A stretch of DNA of 63,329 bases, counting the filler, from Lenisia limosa (taxonomy: Eukaryota; Protista; Breviatea), in assembly GCA_001655205.1 (NCBI GenBank). It is 17 parts of 17 records of this genome, joined end to end, with 100 filler letters (N's around TTAATTAATTAA, not from the genome) between each part and the next. Parts side by side here need not be neighbours in the genome. Positions count along the whole stretch, not along the records: positions 49,296 to 52,678 come from LPNZ01011265.1; positions 52,779 to 53,923 come from LPNZ01000558.1; positions 54,024 to 60,066 come from LPNZ01003192.1; positions 60,167 to 61,724 come from LPNZ01001080.1; positions 61,825 to 63,329 come from LPNZ01005911.1; 12 more parts are not named here. One strand, written 5' to 3'. Numbering within the stretch: the stretch's first letter is position 1; every line of letters begins with the position of its first letter. Positions 49,310 to 62,005 of this stretch are shown here, piece by piece. Under the pieces are notes generated by a model. That model was not told where the DNA came from and searched no databases. It saw nothing but the letters and a program-made list of their open reading frames with translations. Position numbers and translations under genes: made by a program.

Positions 49310-52300
49310 TCCATGCGGCAACGGAGAGTCCAAGCCCGAAGTCGGCCCAGGTGCCTGCTCCTCATGCTCGGCTGGTGAATACGCTCCTGCTGGTTCCCCG
49401 GTGCGTGGCGGTGATTGGTTAACAGGAAGGGGTTAAGGCTAGTGATGGTAATAATTTAGAGGGATATCGATTTTTGATCATGGTTTCTGTTATTTTTTAA
49501 AATAAAATAAAATTTTTGCTTTCCTTTACACCCAGGATTGTATCCCTTGCCCCCGTGGCCACTACAGTACTTCCGCCACTGCCGCATGCACGCCTTGCTC
49601 AAGAAACTTCTATCTCAACGATACAGGTAACAGCCATTTTCAGCTTCATGCTTTTTTAGAGAGCCATAAAACAAGTCAAGGATACAAATACGTTGGAATA
49701 TGAACATAATGACCATAGTATACGATGGCATTGTTAACTTATCTTATCATAGTAATACTTTTTGCTGCTCAACATCTAAACATGGTGGTAATGATTCACA
49801 TCGCAGGCTCAACCAGCCCCTCGGACTGTGTGGAGTGTGACAGCCTTTTCTATGTGGGTTTGGCTGCGCGCGCGGAGGGGACATTAGTGTTCTTCACCAA
49901 ATTTCCTTCGTTTTACTCCAACAGAGACGTTGTTTTTTTTTTTTTTTTTTTTTNNNNNNNNNNNNNNNNNNNNNNNNNNNNNNNNNNNNNNNNNNNNNNN
50001 NNNNNNNNNNNNNNNNNNNNNNNNNNNNNNNNNNNNNNNNNNNNNNNNNNNNNNNNNNNNNNNNNNNNNNNNNNNNNNNNNNNNNNNNNNNNNNNNNNNN
50101 NNNNNNNNNNNNNNNNNNNNNNNNNNNNNNNNNNNNNNNNNNNNNNNNNNNNNNNNNNNNNNNNNNNNNNNNNNNNNNNNNNNNNNNNNNNNNNNNNNNN
50201 NNNNNNNNNNNNNNNNNNNNNNNNNNNNNNNNNNNNNNNNNNAGCCTTCCAATCAAACGGTTCAATGACCACGTGTGACCCTTGTCAAGGTGGCCACTAT
50301 GCTGACACCAAGGTGGGAAAGAACTGTGACAAAAGAGGCAGATGTGAACTGTTTTTTTTTTTAAAAAAAACAATGTATTAAATACAAGATAAGGAAACAA
50401 ATACACATTAGGACCATATGTCTGGGAAGCATCTTGAAGCGTTTTGGGTCCTCATCCTCTCTGAGGAGGTGCAGAGCTGTTTAAGTTTAATATTTTCAGG
50501 GTAGTAAGATCTGCAAGGAATGCAAGAAAGGAACCTATGCGGACGACACCGGTTTCTCCAAATGTGCTGACTCCGGAAACGGCTATTACGTCAACAAAAC
50601 TGTAGGGTATTTGCTTGCTTTATTGATATACTATCTATTGAAGTTGTTTTTATTATTATTATTATTTATTATTTTTTTTGTTGTCAACCTTTTTGCTTCG
50701 CCTCTACAATTTGTTGACATCACAGGCCTCTACGACTCGTGAGGAATGCCCCGTTGGTCACAAGTGTCCCTCACCTTGCGAAGAGCCCATCGAGTGCTCG
50801 CCAGGATCCTACCAGGTGCGGCGGACTACATTTCACTGTTAATCAGCACTATCACCAATTAATATGTTGCTCCAGTAATTGTCATTGGCTGTCCACTTTC
50901 ATTTTTTTTTGAATAGCAATTATTTGGCAGTTGTCTCATCAATTAATTTTTTGAGAATCGAAATTGGATGGCATATTTCGCGTCCTTTACCGTTAATTTT
51001 GGGCTTTTTGTTTCATTAATTTTCCAACCCCCCTCATCGAAATTTATTTCATTTGATGCAAACAACAGTTTTACCCCTCCCCCCACCCCCAGCATGAAAT
51101 CAAAAAGAGCGTGTGCAGAAGTTGCCCCTCCGGAAAGCAATGCCCAGACTATGCCATGACAGGAGGTGGGTCTATTCATTACTCTGCTGGTCAATTGAAG
51201 GTTATCTCTGGTTCCCAAAGGACGCGGAAATATTCGATTTGACCTGCAGCACCTTGACTTAACCTTGATCATTATATTGTTATTCAAGTCGAATCCACAC
51301 CAAAGTCGCGTATACCTGCAGCTGTGCATCATCATTTTCAATTGCAAGGGCTTCACTTCGATTCAAAAAAAAGACTGAATTTGTCGATAAATCCTCGAAA
51401 ACTATCGATATTTTACCGGTCTTTTTCGAACAGAAGTGAAGCCCAAATTGAAACCCCTTATATAATACATATGATATAATATTATGGACACATAGTTTCC
51501 AAAACCGCTCGATGTAATTGTAATACTTATTTCTTTTGCTGCCAAAGAACACCATTGAGCCAAGACATTTCTCATCCCTAGGTGACGACTGCCCAGCCCA
51601 CACTGCTTCAACCGGCGGTGCAGTCCTCTGCCCGGCCTGTGCTGACGGTCTGGATATCACGACACCAGGTGGGGTTCGTGATGATGAGACAGGTCCATTT
51701 ACTCTTTAAATACCCCAAATGATTCATTGAAATTTCCTTACCCGTTTTTTAGGCCAGCCCTACTGCTTCCCCTGCGATGCCGGCACCTGGAGCCTCTTCA
51801 ATGTCACCGGATGCCAGGCCTGTCCGGGCGGCTCATATTCCAAGGACATCGTATGCGTTCGGGCGGAAAGACAGTTGTTTCGGTTTTCTTTTGAACCTCT
51901 GTAGTTTACCATTTCCACGCACCTCTTCCTGTTTTTTTTTGTTTGTTTTTTAAAACCTCGTGTGTTTCCAATATAGCCTCTTTTTTTCACCCCCCCCCCC
52001 AGGGATCAACAAGCTGCAAGCTCTGCCCCATGGGAGAGTTCTCCCTCAAGGGACAGGCGGAATGCAAGTCTTGCTCCACTGTTAACGGCTGTGGGAGTAT
52101 TATCGTGGAACTGCTGTGCAACCTCACATATACTACATGTACATATAATATATATCATATATATATAAAACGAAGTACCCTAGTATTACCCCTCACATAT
52201 CATGTCCATATAAAAACGTAGTACCTAAGAATCTTGACAACTCTCCAACAGACTGAAGATATGGTTCATATATACATGTAATTGGACTGTTGGAGTTATT

Positions 52301-52678
52301 ACTATGGTACATTTTTTTTTNNNNNNNNNNNNNNNNNNNNNNNNNNNNNNNNNNNNNNNNNNNNNNNNNNNNNNNNNNNNNNNNNNNNNNNNNNNNNNNN
52401 NNNNNNNNNNNNNNNNNNNNNNNNNNNNNNNNNNNNNNNNNNNNNNNNNNNNNNNNNNNNNNNNNNNNNNNNNNNNNNGGAAAAGACCGGTAAAATTTCG
52501 TTATTTATCGAGGATTTATCAAGAAATTCAGTCTTTTTCGGGACTGTAAGGAAGCCTTAGTTCAACACTCCTTCCTCAATCACCGTCGTCCCCACAGACA
52601 ACCAAGAACGTGGACTGGACTATTGTCTCTGCCGCTCCAACTTCTACTCTCTTAACAATGGCTCTTGCGTGGCGTGTC
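49310..52678 (+). CDS. Cysteine-rich repeat surface protein (ephrin-receptor-like / GCC2-GCC3 / TNFR-type C-x-x-C-x-x-G-x-Y repeats), partial
   Basis: Successive exons CSSCSAGEYAP, CIPCPRGHYST..CTPCSRNFY, CDPCQGGHYAD, CKECKKGTYAD, CRSCPSGKQC, CFPCDAGTWS..CQACPGGSYS, CKLCPMGEFS..CKSC. Confidence 0.85.
51346..51446. mobile_element. MITE family A1
   Basis: AGGGCTTCACTTCGATTC...TTTTTCGAACAGAAGTGAAGCCCAA; a partial A2 copy at 52479-52560. Confidence 0.85.
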
Positions 52679-52960
52679 NNNNNNNNNNNNNNNNNNNNNN
52701 NNNNNNNNNNNNNNNNNNNNNNTTAATTAATTAANNNNNNNNNNNNNNNNNNNNNNNNNNNNNNNNNNNNNNNNNNNNCCCCATCAAAATTAATATAGTA
52801 AAAACAATATTTAATTTTTCAATAGTTGAACTTCAGAAAAAAGGGCTTTTTTTTTCTTCTCGTATATAGGCTGTTTTATAATATGATTCAAATCAGGGGA
52901 TGTGTATATCTGTCTGCCGTGAAAAACTTTTCTCCTCTGAAACTTTTTTTACCCATTAAG

Positions 52961-53544
52961 GTACACGCGGCTTCAGAAACCTCCATGAACGACGCGTTGT
53001 ACGAGACGGTCGTTGAACTGGAGGAGCAGATCATACAAACTACTAACAACGACGAGGACGTTGAACAACACGACGATCACGATGATCACGATCACGATGA
53101 TCACGATCACGATGATCACGATCACGAAGATCACGATCACGAAGAAGAAAGGGAGGAGGAGCTGTCGGACGCCGAGGGAGTGTGGGGCCTTCGACAGGAA
53201 CCGTCGGCTAATCTTATCGGCGTTGTGACGCCTCTTCCGCTTCCGTCGGGTAGTGAACACGTGTACTACGAGGATGAAGAGGACCGATCTAGGCGATCTG
53301 ATGACCAACACGGCGACTTGCCTTATGCGGAAGACCAAGAGGATCATGTGATCTATCAGGACGAGTATGGCGAGGAACTAGCCGAGCCTGATGACGTGGA
53401 GCTGGACAGTGAGTCAGAGGCCGAAGCGGAAGCGGAAGCTGCGTCCCGACCTCCGTCCCGGTTTTCCACCCATCGGAGCCAGCGAAGTACCAAATCCCGG
53501 CCAAAGTCCACCTCACGCCGGCCGCTCAGTTCCATGTCCATCCG
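52961..53544 (+). CDS. Large exon of an acidic, His/Asp-repeat, Ser/Arg-tailed low-complexity protein
   Basis: AG/GT-bounded 584-nt open exon: VHAASETSMNDALYET...HDDHDDHDHDDHDHDDHDHEDHDHEEE...SRPPSRFSTHRSQRSTKSRPKSTSRRPLSS. Confidence 0.7.
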
Positions 53545-53574
53545 GTGGGGGGAGAGGGGGTCTCTTTGGATGCC

Positions 53575-53705
53575 TTATTTGGAAGAGTTTGTTTTTGGAC
53601 TTACCTTATTTGGCAGTTTATTGAGGACTTACCTTATTTAGAAATTTATTTGAGGACTTACCTTATTTAGAAGAGTTTTGATTATGGACTTACGTTATTT
53701 AGAAG
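53575..53705. repeat. Degenerate ~30-bp intronic minisatellite (GGACTTACCTTATTT(A/G)G core) x~5
   Basis: Core recurs at roughly 28-33 nt spacing. Confidence 0.75.
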
Positions 53706-54023
53706 TTCTCGTCCGGGCTCCCGACCTGCGGACAATCCCGAGGACCCTTGGGCCAACCTCCTTGTCAGTGTAGGTGGATGGAGGGCTTTATTCTGCCTGA
53801 AAATGATTTGATTTGAACGCGTGTACTCCCTAAATTTGAGAGGGTTATCAATAATGTATGTAGATCATATAAGATTGTCGACTTTTCAGGGAAACAACGC
53901 ATCATTCAGTATCCTCCTCTCCCNNNNNNNNNNNNNNNNNNNNNNNNNNNNNNNNNNNNNNNNNNNNTTAATTAATTAANNNNNNNNNNNNNNNNNNNNN
54001 NNNNNNNNNNNNNNNNNNNNNNN

Positions 54024-57000
54024 TGCTTCAGTCGCTCCAAGAAGAGGAGAACGATGCCGATCTCCGCAAGGCCCTCCATGTAGGCAAAAATTCCTTCTTC
54101 AATCGAGGATTTATCGGGATGGCATTTTCTAGATTGCTACCCTCTTCTTTCTCTCTCACCTCCTACCTTTATTAATCATATCTTTATTTGTTAATACGAA
54201 TGGCAGTGGAATGAATCACTAGTTACCATTTTNNNNNNNNNNNNNNNNNNNNNNNNNNNNNNNNNNNNNNNNNNNNNNNNNNNNNNNNNNNNNNNNNNNN
54301 NNNNTTCGTTGCTCGTATTCACTATCTCATTGTCTGTGAGGAGTCCTACTATGCTGAAGAAGAGGATTAGTATTGTGTGCTTGTTAGTGTTTTGTAAGTT
54401 ATTAATGTAATTGTATTTGTTTTTGTATGAAGGAGAAATAAAACGTCTCTGGAACGAACCTCAAGACAATGTATTACTTGGGCAAATTATGGTAGGAAAA
54501 AAAAACAAAAAAAAACATAGAAATTCAATATCCAATTATTTTATTATTATTTTTGGTCACAAGGATTTCAATGGTATTTTAGGCAGGGATATAAAAGGAG
54601 GGGACACTCCCTAAAATGTGTTCTGAATCAGAATTTTTTTTAAAAAAAAGGTGCCATTTACACATATCATATTGTCATCTTTTCAAATGAAGTTACACGA
54701 AAATCTTACTGATGTTGAAAAGAAAGAGTCTAGTGTACTACAAGGTCTCCCTTGCTGAGCGCCTTGAAAAATAAGTCACTGAAGGGTATCGTGGTATGCC
54801 TATCCATAAGAAAGATGTATGCAAAGTGGAGGAAGAAAAGACAGAATGAAGAAGTATGGAAAAGAAGGCAGCAGGAGAAGAGAGAGTATAAAGTCGAAGA
54901 AGAAGAGGAGTAGAATAGGAATATGGACGAAGAAAGAGAAGCAAGAGAAAGACGACAAGCTGAAGGAGAAGAAAAAGAAGGGAGAGTTGTGGTGATGGAA
55001 ACGACTATCGGAAGAGGAGGAGGAAGGAGGAGGAAAGAAAAAGCAGCAAAAGCCCATGAGGCAATCTTGTTGTTTTTTTTTTGTAATTGGACTCCCCTGA
55101 GACTTCTGTTTCCACTTTGAACTTTGAATTCCCGGGGTTTGTTTTTTCAGAAGAATAATTCTCCGTTCCTACAAGTCCATGAAAGGGCAACCATTTGAAT
55201 TTTCCCTTTCCTTTTTTGTGGGGATTGCAAAGCCGTTTTTTTTTTCTCAGTATGATCATGTAATTCAGATTGACGACATTGAGAAGTCAATCAACGACGA
55301 CAAGAGGAGGAAAGAAGTTACCATGGCATTAAAGCATCGAGAGGTATGCTGTATTGCTATTGAATGAAGCATAAATCAATTTAGATTTAGACATGCTTAC
55401 CGAAACGAAAAAAATTGGAGTTATCAAGATATTTTCTCACAATAAAGCATACATGTACATATCGATATATGTATTTACACGGTACATGTCAGTTCATCAA
55501 GTCTTTTTAATAATAGAGCGCGTTGAGTAGTGGTTAGGAGTATGAGTATTAGAGCTTTATTTACGGCAAACATAAAATTATATCGAGATTAGTTGAGAAA
55601 TATCGAGATTAGAGTCTTCATTCTTTACCGAAATGAAGTTTCCCATATATTGATATTTCAGAGCGAGACTACTCCCTCTGTCGCCGAAGCGTTGGCTTAT
55701 TTCAACCATAGGGTGTTTGTACAACACCAAATAATCATCATGCGACAACTTGAAGGAATCCTTCACAAGCGTTCACCAGTCAATGATCTTGTATGAGTGA
55801 TTTCATTTGTGTATTGCGTTAAAGTCATCCATTTGTTTTACTCTCCTTGATGGGCAATTCTTTATACGGGATTATCTTGCTTCGGGGAATTGAAAGCGTT
55901 TTGAAAATAGCCATTTCCGAGGAATTCTTTCCATCAGAAGAATTCCTCAATTCAAAAGTTGGTGTCTTGTTATAAGGACAAACCTGACGAAATGAGTAAA
56001 ATATTAATATTTGCCAAGAAACCGAATGAACAATCCCTCGATTTTATGCATAATAAAACGTAATTTCAAATATATATTTGGATATTTAGTCTCAAGCAGC
56101 TTGTTTCCAACCTAAATTATAGAATATGTGTCTGTCACCTCGACACCAATAGAATACTTATATTCTGAGATAGGCCATCTGTTTGTGTAATATACTGGAG
56201 CCAACATTCGAATGAATCTCACCATCAGGCTCAGAACTATTATCACCTCATTGCGATGGGGTGTGGTGCAAAGTTTGTCTCTACTGTCTCCGCTGTGTCT
56301 TCTTATAAGGAGCAACTTAAAACTGTCAATACTCAGGTCAGTAAGCTTGTTTTATGCTACATGCTTGCACAATTCAGCGTATCTAAATCAATAATAACGT
56401 TCCTATTTTCTTCCATAACACAAGTAGTATTACAACTTATAGAAGTTGTTCCATGAGAGGGGGGGGTCTCACTAACAACCGAAAAACAATATACCCACAT
56501 GAAGCATGGAGTCAATGGGTTTTTATACTGTATTTGGGCCCCAAGCCCCGGACATCATTCAAATTTCATGGGACACATCAAAACTCCCGGACAGCTTGAA
56601 GTTGACACCTTGTAGAGGCCATTGTTAGTGTTTTTTTGAAAAACTGCTTCGACAGATACATAGAGAAATGGACCAGCTGTTTATGTTCCCAATTTTTTTT
56701 TAGCACTATTATTGATCATCTGTCAAAAGAGAATTTGGTAATCAAATCCGGGTTCCCCTTTACTTTGGTCTGTAACAACAGTGAATTTTCAGATAAAATG
56801 CTCATTCAAATAGTTGCCATTAATTTCTTGAGTTGTCATATCATTTTTGTATTTTTAACAGTATCTGGGTTATACACATAGAGAGCTTAGCTAATTAATT
56901 TGGTTTTGACCTATGAAATAGGCATTTTATCCTTTGATTAAGTTTGATATTACTTTCGAAAACAAAAGGGAAATAGAATTTACTGAAAGATGATTCTGTG

Positions 57001-59898
57001 GAAAACCCCCAAAATCTTGGAAAACTCCCTTGTCTCCCCTTCTAGAATGTTCTTTATTGTCTTTTGCACAATTTACAAGCAATTTATAAGATGATTCAAG
57101 AACAATTAGACCCAAATATAGCACATATGATAGTATTAAATATATTGTTTTTTAACACATGCCTTATCCCAACAATATATATGATACTAGTATATTATAT
57201 AATATACTATTAGTAATATCTATTTAATGATTGTTTTGTTTGATCACATTTAGAAAGAGAACCCCCTCTACGTAGCTGCGAAATACGGTGACAGCTTATT
57301 TTTGAAGGCGTTTCATGATGATCTCTTAGAAGAGTCTTTCAAATTGAAGGAGTATGCGTGAATGAATTATTTCCCTTTCACACTACGGCGCATTGACTTG
57401 TGTATGATACTCTGAAAAAGTTGGAATTTTTCATTTATTAACATGGGAGTCCCATGGACGTTTGTGGAAATCAGAATTTCCCAAATGCTATTTGGGAATC
57501 CCAAGTCATGAAAGAGAAGCTGAATTTTACCTCTAACGGTTCAGTCTAACCACACTGTCTCCTACATGGCAACAAAGTTTGGTAACGTCAATGGTAGGTG
57601 GCTGTATGTTGTTTGTGATTTATTATTAGTAGCATTTCTATCTGTTCCAGAAGGACAATATAACCGAGCTGTATCCAAAACTCCAATTCATTCATTACCG
57701 ATTACGCGAAACTCTTCTTGATATTTCGCTTAGTTTATTTATATGTATACATATATTAATGAACTCTCAGTCAGCTGAACTCCCTCTTTAATACTGAAAA
57801 GAATCTGTTTTTTTACAAAGAGTATTTCCTAGGTACAATTATTTTGACCTCATTTCTACATATTTTATATAATATCATATCATAATATTTAATATAATGA
57901 TCTTTTATACATTTACACATCAGGGCTAAAGTACCTTTATGACAAAAACATTTGCTCAAAGGAGTTTTTCTTAAACAATATTTCAGTCAAATCCTTAACA
58001 GGGGAAAGCAAGGTATGTGGATTTTTTTGTGGAACAAGTTGTATCAACCTTCGCAATGTTTTTATGCTGTATTAACTTGTAAGCTTGTGATTGCCTTGCA
58101 CTTAGTTTATCTCTTTTAGACACTCAGCCCATTCGAGTTTGCGTTATGGTATAAACAGCCAGAAAGTGTCGAATTATTCTTTTCGCTCCAATATACTCAC
58201 CAAAAAACTCCTTCTCCATCATACGAAGTCCTTGAACAAACACTCAACTGTGTTAACCGAGGTATCAAAAGATCTCCGGTTGGTTGAGGAATTCTAATTC
58301 ATTTCATTGATATGACCAAAATTATGTATACTATAGAGCGTCAGATTTCAGAACATTTCATGACACTTAATTCTATAGATATCAAAGGAACACCCCACCT
58401 CTGCCTATGCGTTTATAGTGGGTTTTTTTGGTATAATATGTCCCTTAACTTGTAGTTTTACACCGAAAGGTGTGGGTTTATCTGTTTCTGATCACCCAGG
58501 ATCTTAGAGAAAAGCAAAAAATACAAGAAGACGTGAATGAGTGCTTACAATCCCTGGAAAAGAAAAGGATTATGGTATTGGAGATGCTGTTTGTGTTTTA
58601 TACAGCCATTTTATTATTAATACTAAGCTCAAGCAGTTTTAGTTGAACCGTAGACTTGCACATTATTATAAGATACTCTCAGGCTATAACCTTCCCTTTG
58701 CCCTCTTGGTAATCATTTAGACAAAATCTCTGGAAGAAGTGAAGTTTGTGGTTACCAACAAATTTCTCTTTGCCAAACAGTACCTGGAAAAACTAAATAC
58801 CACGTTATGGGAACAACATGTATATGGGTACTCGTTTTTATAATGCCTATTGTTACTTGTTGTATGAGAATTATATTGTAAGAATTTACTATTTCTAGGC
58901 GGAGACAATCTTCAGTGTGGTGGATAATGAAAGTACCATTGAGACATTAGGCGTCATAGCACAATTACCCGCATTTCCTGCCATCCTTCTTGATCTGAAA
59001 AATGCATCAAACCTCAAACAAGAAGTTGCCTTCAGAACAGCTGCATTCATGAAGGTTTAATACTTCATATTTCTATAAGTATTATGCTATTACTTTAAAC
59101 AGTGGCCAGATATTATTGTTTTATCTCTCAGATGTGCCATATAAACTATGCTATGAAATGTCCTATTTATTGTAACTTCTTTTTCTTCTTTCTTGACACA
59201 TATACATGTATGTTTTGTCTCTTTGCTTTGATGGTTTAAAACTACTTGTTTACAATAATAACATATGTTAGGGTGAGAGGCCTGATCTTGATGAAAGCCC
59301 CCAGGTACAAGACAAGGTTTGACAAGACAATTGGTCTTTGAAATTGAAAACAAAAAACTGCCTTGAATGTACATCAGTTTAAAGTTGTCAACATTAGCCG
59401 TTTATAACCCAGGAATTCCAAAAAGAATTCAGAGAAGCCATCATAGAGGCAAATGGACAGACCCTGGACAAGCTTGAACGCATGGCTCATCCATATTTGG
59501 TCAGATTTGATTCTTCCCTTACTCATAATAATTTCCATTAGATTTTCAAATCAATATTGATAATTATCACATATCAACAATTGCTTTTAGTTTTGAGTCA
59601 CTTTGTAGATTCAACTCGCACAGTGTACTTTCAGGGATTTAGATCGAGAAAAGGTATGCTTAAATTTTTGATTATTGTCCCATTCTTTTACACAATGAAC
59701 AATAATTTTCTCCACAAGTAGGTATACTTATGATCATATCAGAACTATACTTTATCGTTTACCTATTTGCAATATTAATGCTACCATGAGAGAGGATAAA
59801 TAGAATGTCTTATGAGAGTTTGGACATTTTGATTTATAATAGGACACGACTGGACCGTTCATTTTGAACACACTTGTCCATAAAGCTTTGGAAGAGGA
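54024..59898 (+). CDS. Long multi-exon protein with ankyrin-like repeats, partial
   Basis: Exons YDHVIQIDDIEKSINDDKRRKEVTMALKHRE; KENPLYVAAKYGD; SNHTVSYMATKFGNVN; TLSPFEFALWYKQPESVELFF; FITQEFQKEFREAIIEANGQTLDKLERMAHPYL. Could be more than one gene. Confidence 0.55.
56531..56945. mobile_element. Family C TIR element (copy 3, truncated); a terminus fragment also at 60038-60066
   Basis: CAAGCCCCGGACATCATTCAAATTTCATGGGACACATCAAAACTCCCGGACAGCTTGAAGTTGACACCTTG...; interior matches 38110-38570. Confidence 0.8.
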
Positions 59899-60226
59899 AC
59901 GTGTTGATTTGGAAGGTAATGATTCTGTAATATATCCGATTTACTTTTAGATGTTACTATATTGATGTTGGGAGGTGGTTTTGTCTGGTGTATGTAATAC
60001 CTGTAGTATACTATATATATATATATATATATATATGTATAGTCAAAGTTCCGGACATCATTCAAANNNNNNNNNNNNNNNNNNNNNNNNNNNNNNNNNN
60101 NNNNNNNNNNTTAATTAATTAANNNNNNNNNNNNNNNNNNNNNNNNNNNNNNNNNNNNNNNNNNNNAATGGACTTAATTGCAGAACACCATTCCTTCATA
60201 CTCTGGCTGTGGGTGTATTTCAAGCA

Positions 60227-60883
60227 TTAGCCCCATTTACAGACAGTTCGTGCTGGAGAGGGTATAACGTTTTTAAACAACATTTCATGGCTCCCAACAT
60301 GGAAGAAGCGGCTCATGGTGTTCGCAAATTGTACTGAAAGAAGGAGGAAAATGGTTGATGGGGACTGGTTAAATTGGAAATGTGAATAGAGAAGATTGTA
60401 GAGATGGGCAGTGATGGTACAGGATGGTTGGTTTCTTGATGACAGAGTTCTCGCCATTTTAACAAGGTCTCTGGCGCTAACCTTCAGGGATTCTTCGTCA
60501 GTTGTATCCACCTGGGGCACCTCGTCGATTACTTTCGGAAGTTTATCCTTCAGAAGTTCGGCCTGGGAGGAACTGCAAGATGTACACTGGTCATGGTTCG
60601 GTTGTGCTATCCTTGGGCAGCAAGTTGCTCTGGGTACCGAATCTGGTGATTTAGAAACAGTGATGCCTTTTCGAATCCGGTCATTTGACCAGTTAAGGAA
60701 GGATAGCCTCTCATCTTTCACTCCAACACATGGATGGGGGGGCACACTACGGTTATTTGATGGGATGGTGAAGGGAAGGCCAAGTTTGGGGATAGGATTA
60801 CACTCCCAGTTGTCGCTGTCGGGGGAAAGCTGATAGGTTGCAACAACGATTGGCGGGTTTGAAGCGTAAACGGAGACGCACAT
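60227..60883 (-). CDS. 218-aa uninterrupted ORF with a Cys/His cluster; possible P-element-like transposase N-terminus or pseudogene
   Basis: CCPRIAQPNHDQCTSC cluster, helical region, then HEMLFKNVIPSPARTVCKW, resembling L-P-S-x-R-T-L-x-x-W. Intronless, unlike neighbouring genes. The frame continues after TAA to the scaffold end. Confidence 0.35.
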   Translation of the reverse strand: MCVSVYASNPPIVVATYQLSPDSDNWECNPIPKLGLPFTIPSNNRSVPPHPCVGVKDERLSFLNWSNDRIRKGITVSKSPDSVPRATCCPRIAQPNHDQCTSCSSSQAELLKDKLPKVIDEVPQVDTTDEESLKVSARDLVKMARTLSSRNQPSCTITAHLYNLLYSHFQFNQSPSTIFLLLSVQFANTMSRFFHVGSHEMLFKNVIPSPARTVCKWG

Positions 60884-62005
60884 GAGTCAATTTTTGCAAA
60901 TCCTGAAGAATTACTGTTGATGATTATTACCTGGTATCTGCCGTCCAAGTAACATTTATATCATATATGATAAATATATAGTACATTATATTGACTATAT
61001 TATTCCTTTTCTTACATAGCTACATAGTATAATATTGTGACCGGATTTAGTCTTGACCTAGTTTAGCAATTAATGATATGAAAGGAAAAAGAGTTTGTGA
61101 AAAGTACTTCGATATCATTTTTGTTTTGTTTTATAAAATTGCTAGGACGATTGGCAATCAGTGTCAGGTTTTCAAAATTTAGGACAGTATATCCCTTGGT
61201 ATATACCGTCTCGACCTCTTGTCAAATTTGTGCTACGTGAAATTTCCCTTGCACATGTCTATTAAAAATCGAACGAGTTTATTGCGGGAAAATAATTAAG
61301 ACTTGTGACCGCCAGTGTATGTATATTATATGATATCTCACATATAAATTATTCTATGATATGTTATCCCATTATTCACTAGGAATCTAGAAATATATAT
61401 CCGAAATGAAGGCCGATATAACAACCAATGAAAAAAACACATTGAACATTTAGTCAAAAATGCTGCCTACCAAATTTTGGCCGGGGCTCGTGGAACTTCT
61501 GACTTGGCTTTCTTTGCTTGCCGGGCAACAGCTGTTGTCGAAGCACCGGAGAGACTTGAGTAATTGGGGAATTCTAAACAATGATTAAATGCAAAAGCTA
61601 TTTGGTTAAAATATTTATGCAAAAGATAAACATGATACATGTATTACGCACATACATATATATACTAGGCCGCAGAAATCGGGTAAAATATACCCTATTT
61701 AGGTAAATTATTTTTTTCACCTTANNNNNNNNNNNNNNNNNNNNNNNNNNNNNNNNNNNNNNNNNNNNTTAATTAATTAANNNNNNNNNNNNNNNNNNNN
61801 NNNNNNNNNNNNNNNNNNNNNNNNCAACAAACAAACAAAGCCCAGGCCAGTCTCTTCTGCAGCACCGCATTCCCATCACAATTTTTTGACCTCTTTTCCC
61901 ATCTTCCTCCGTCTTGTTCATCTCTTAGTAGATTCAACTCCCCTACCTCCCACCCCAACGTATGATATATTGGAAAATTAATGAAATACTGCCACCCCCC
62001 CGCAC

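Noticed and set aside
49725-50406. Long ORFs in the supplied track that span N runs (also 27540, 28170, 29836, 48520)
   Set aside because: Their length comes from Ns translated as X; only the short exon parts are supportable.
60011-60036. (TA)n and (GTT)n microsatellites (also 30186-30206) and the ATATTTATCT repeat at 31500-31545
   Set aside because: Ordinary simple repeats with no additional structure.
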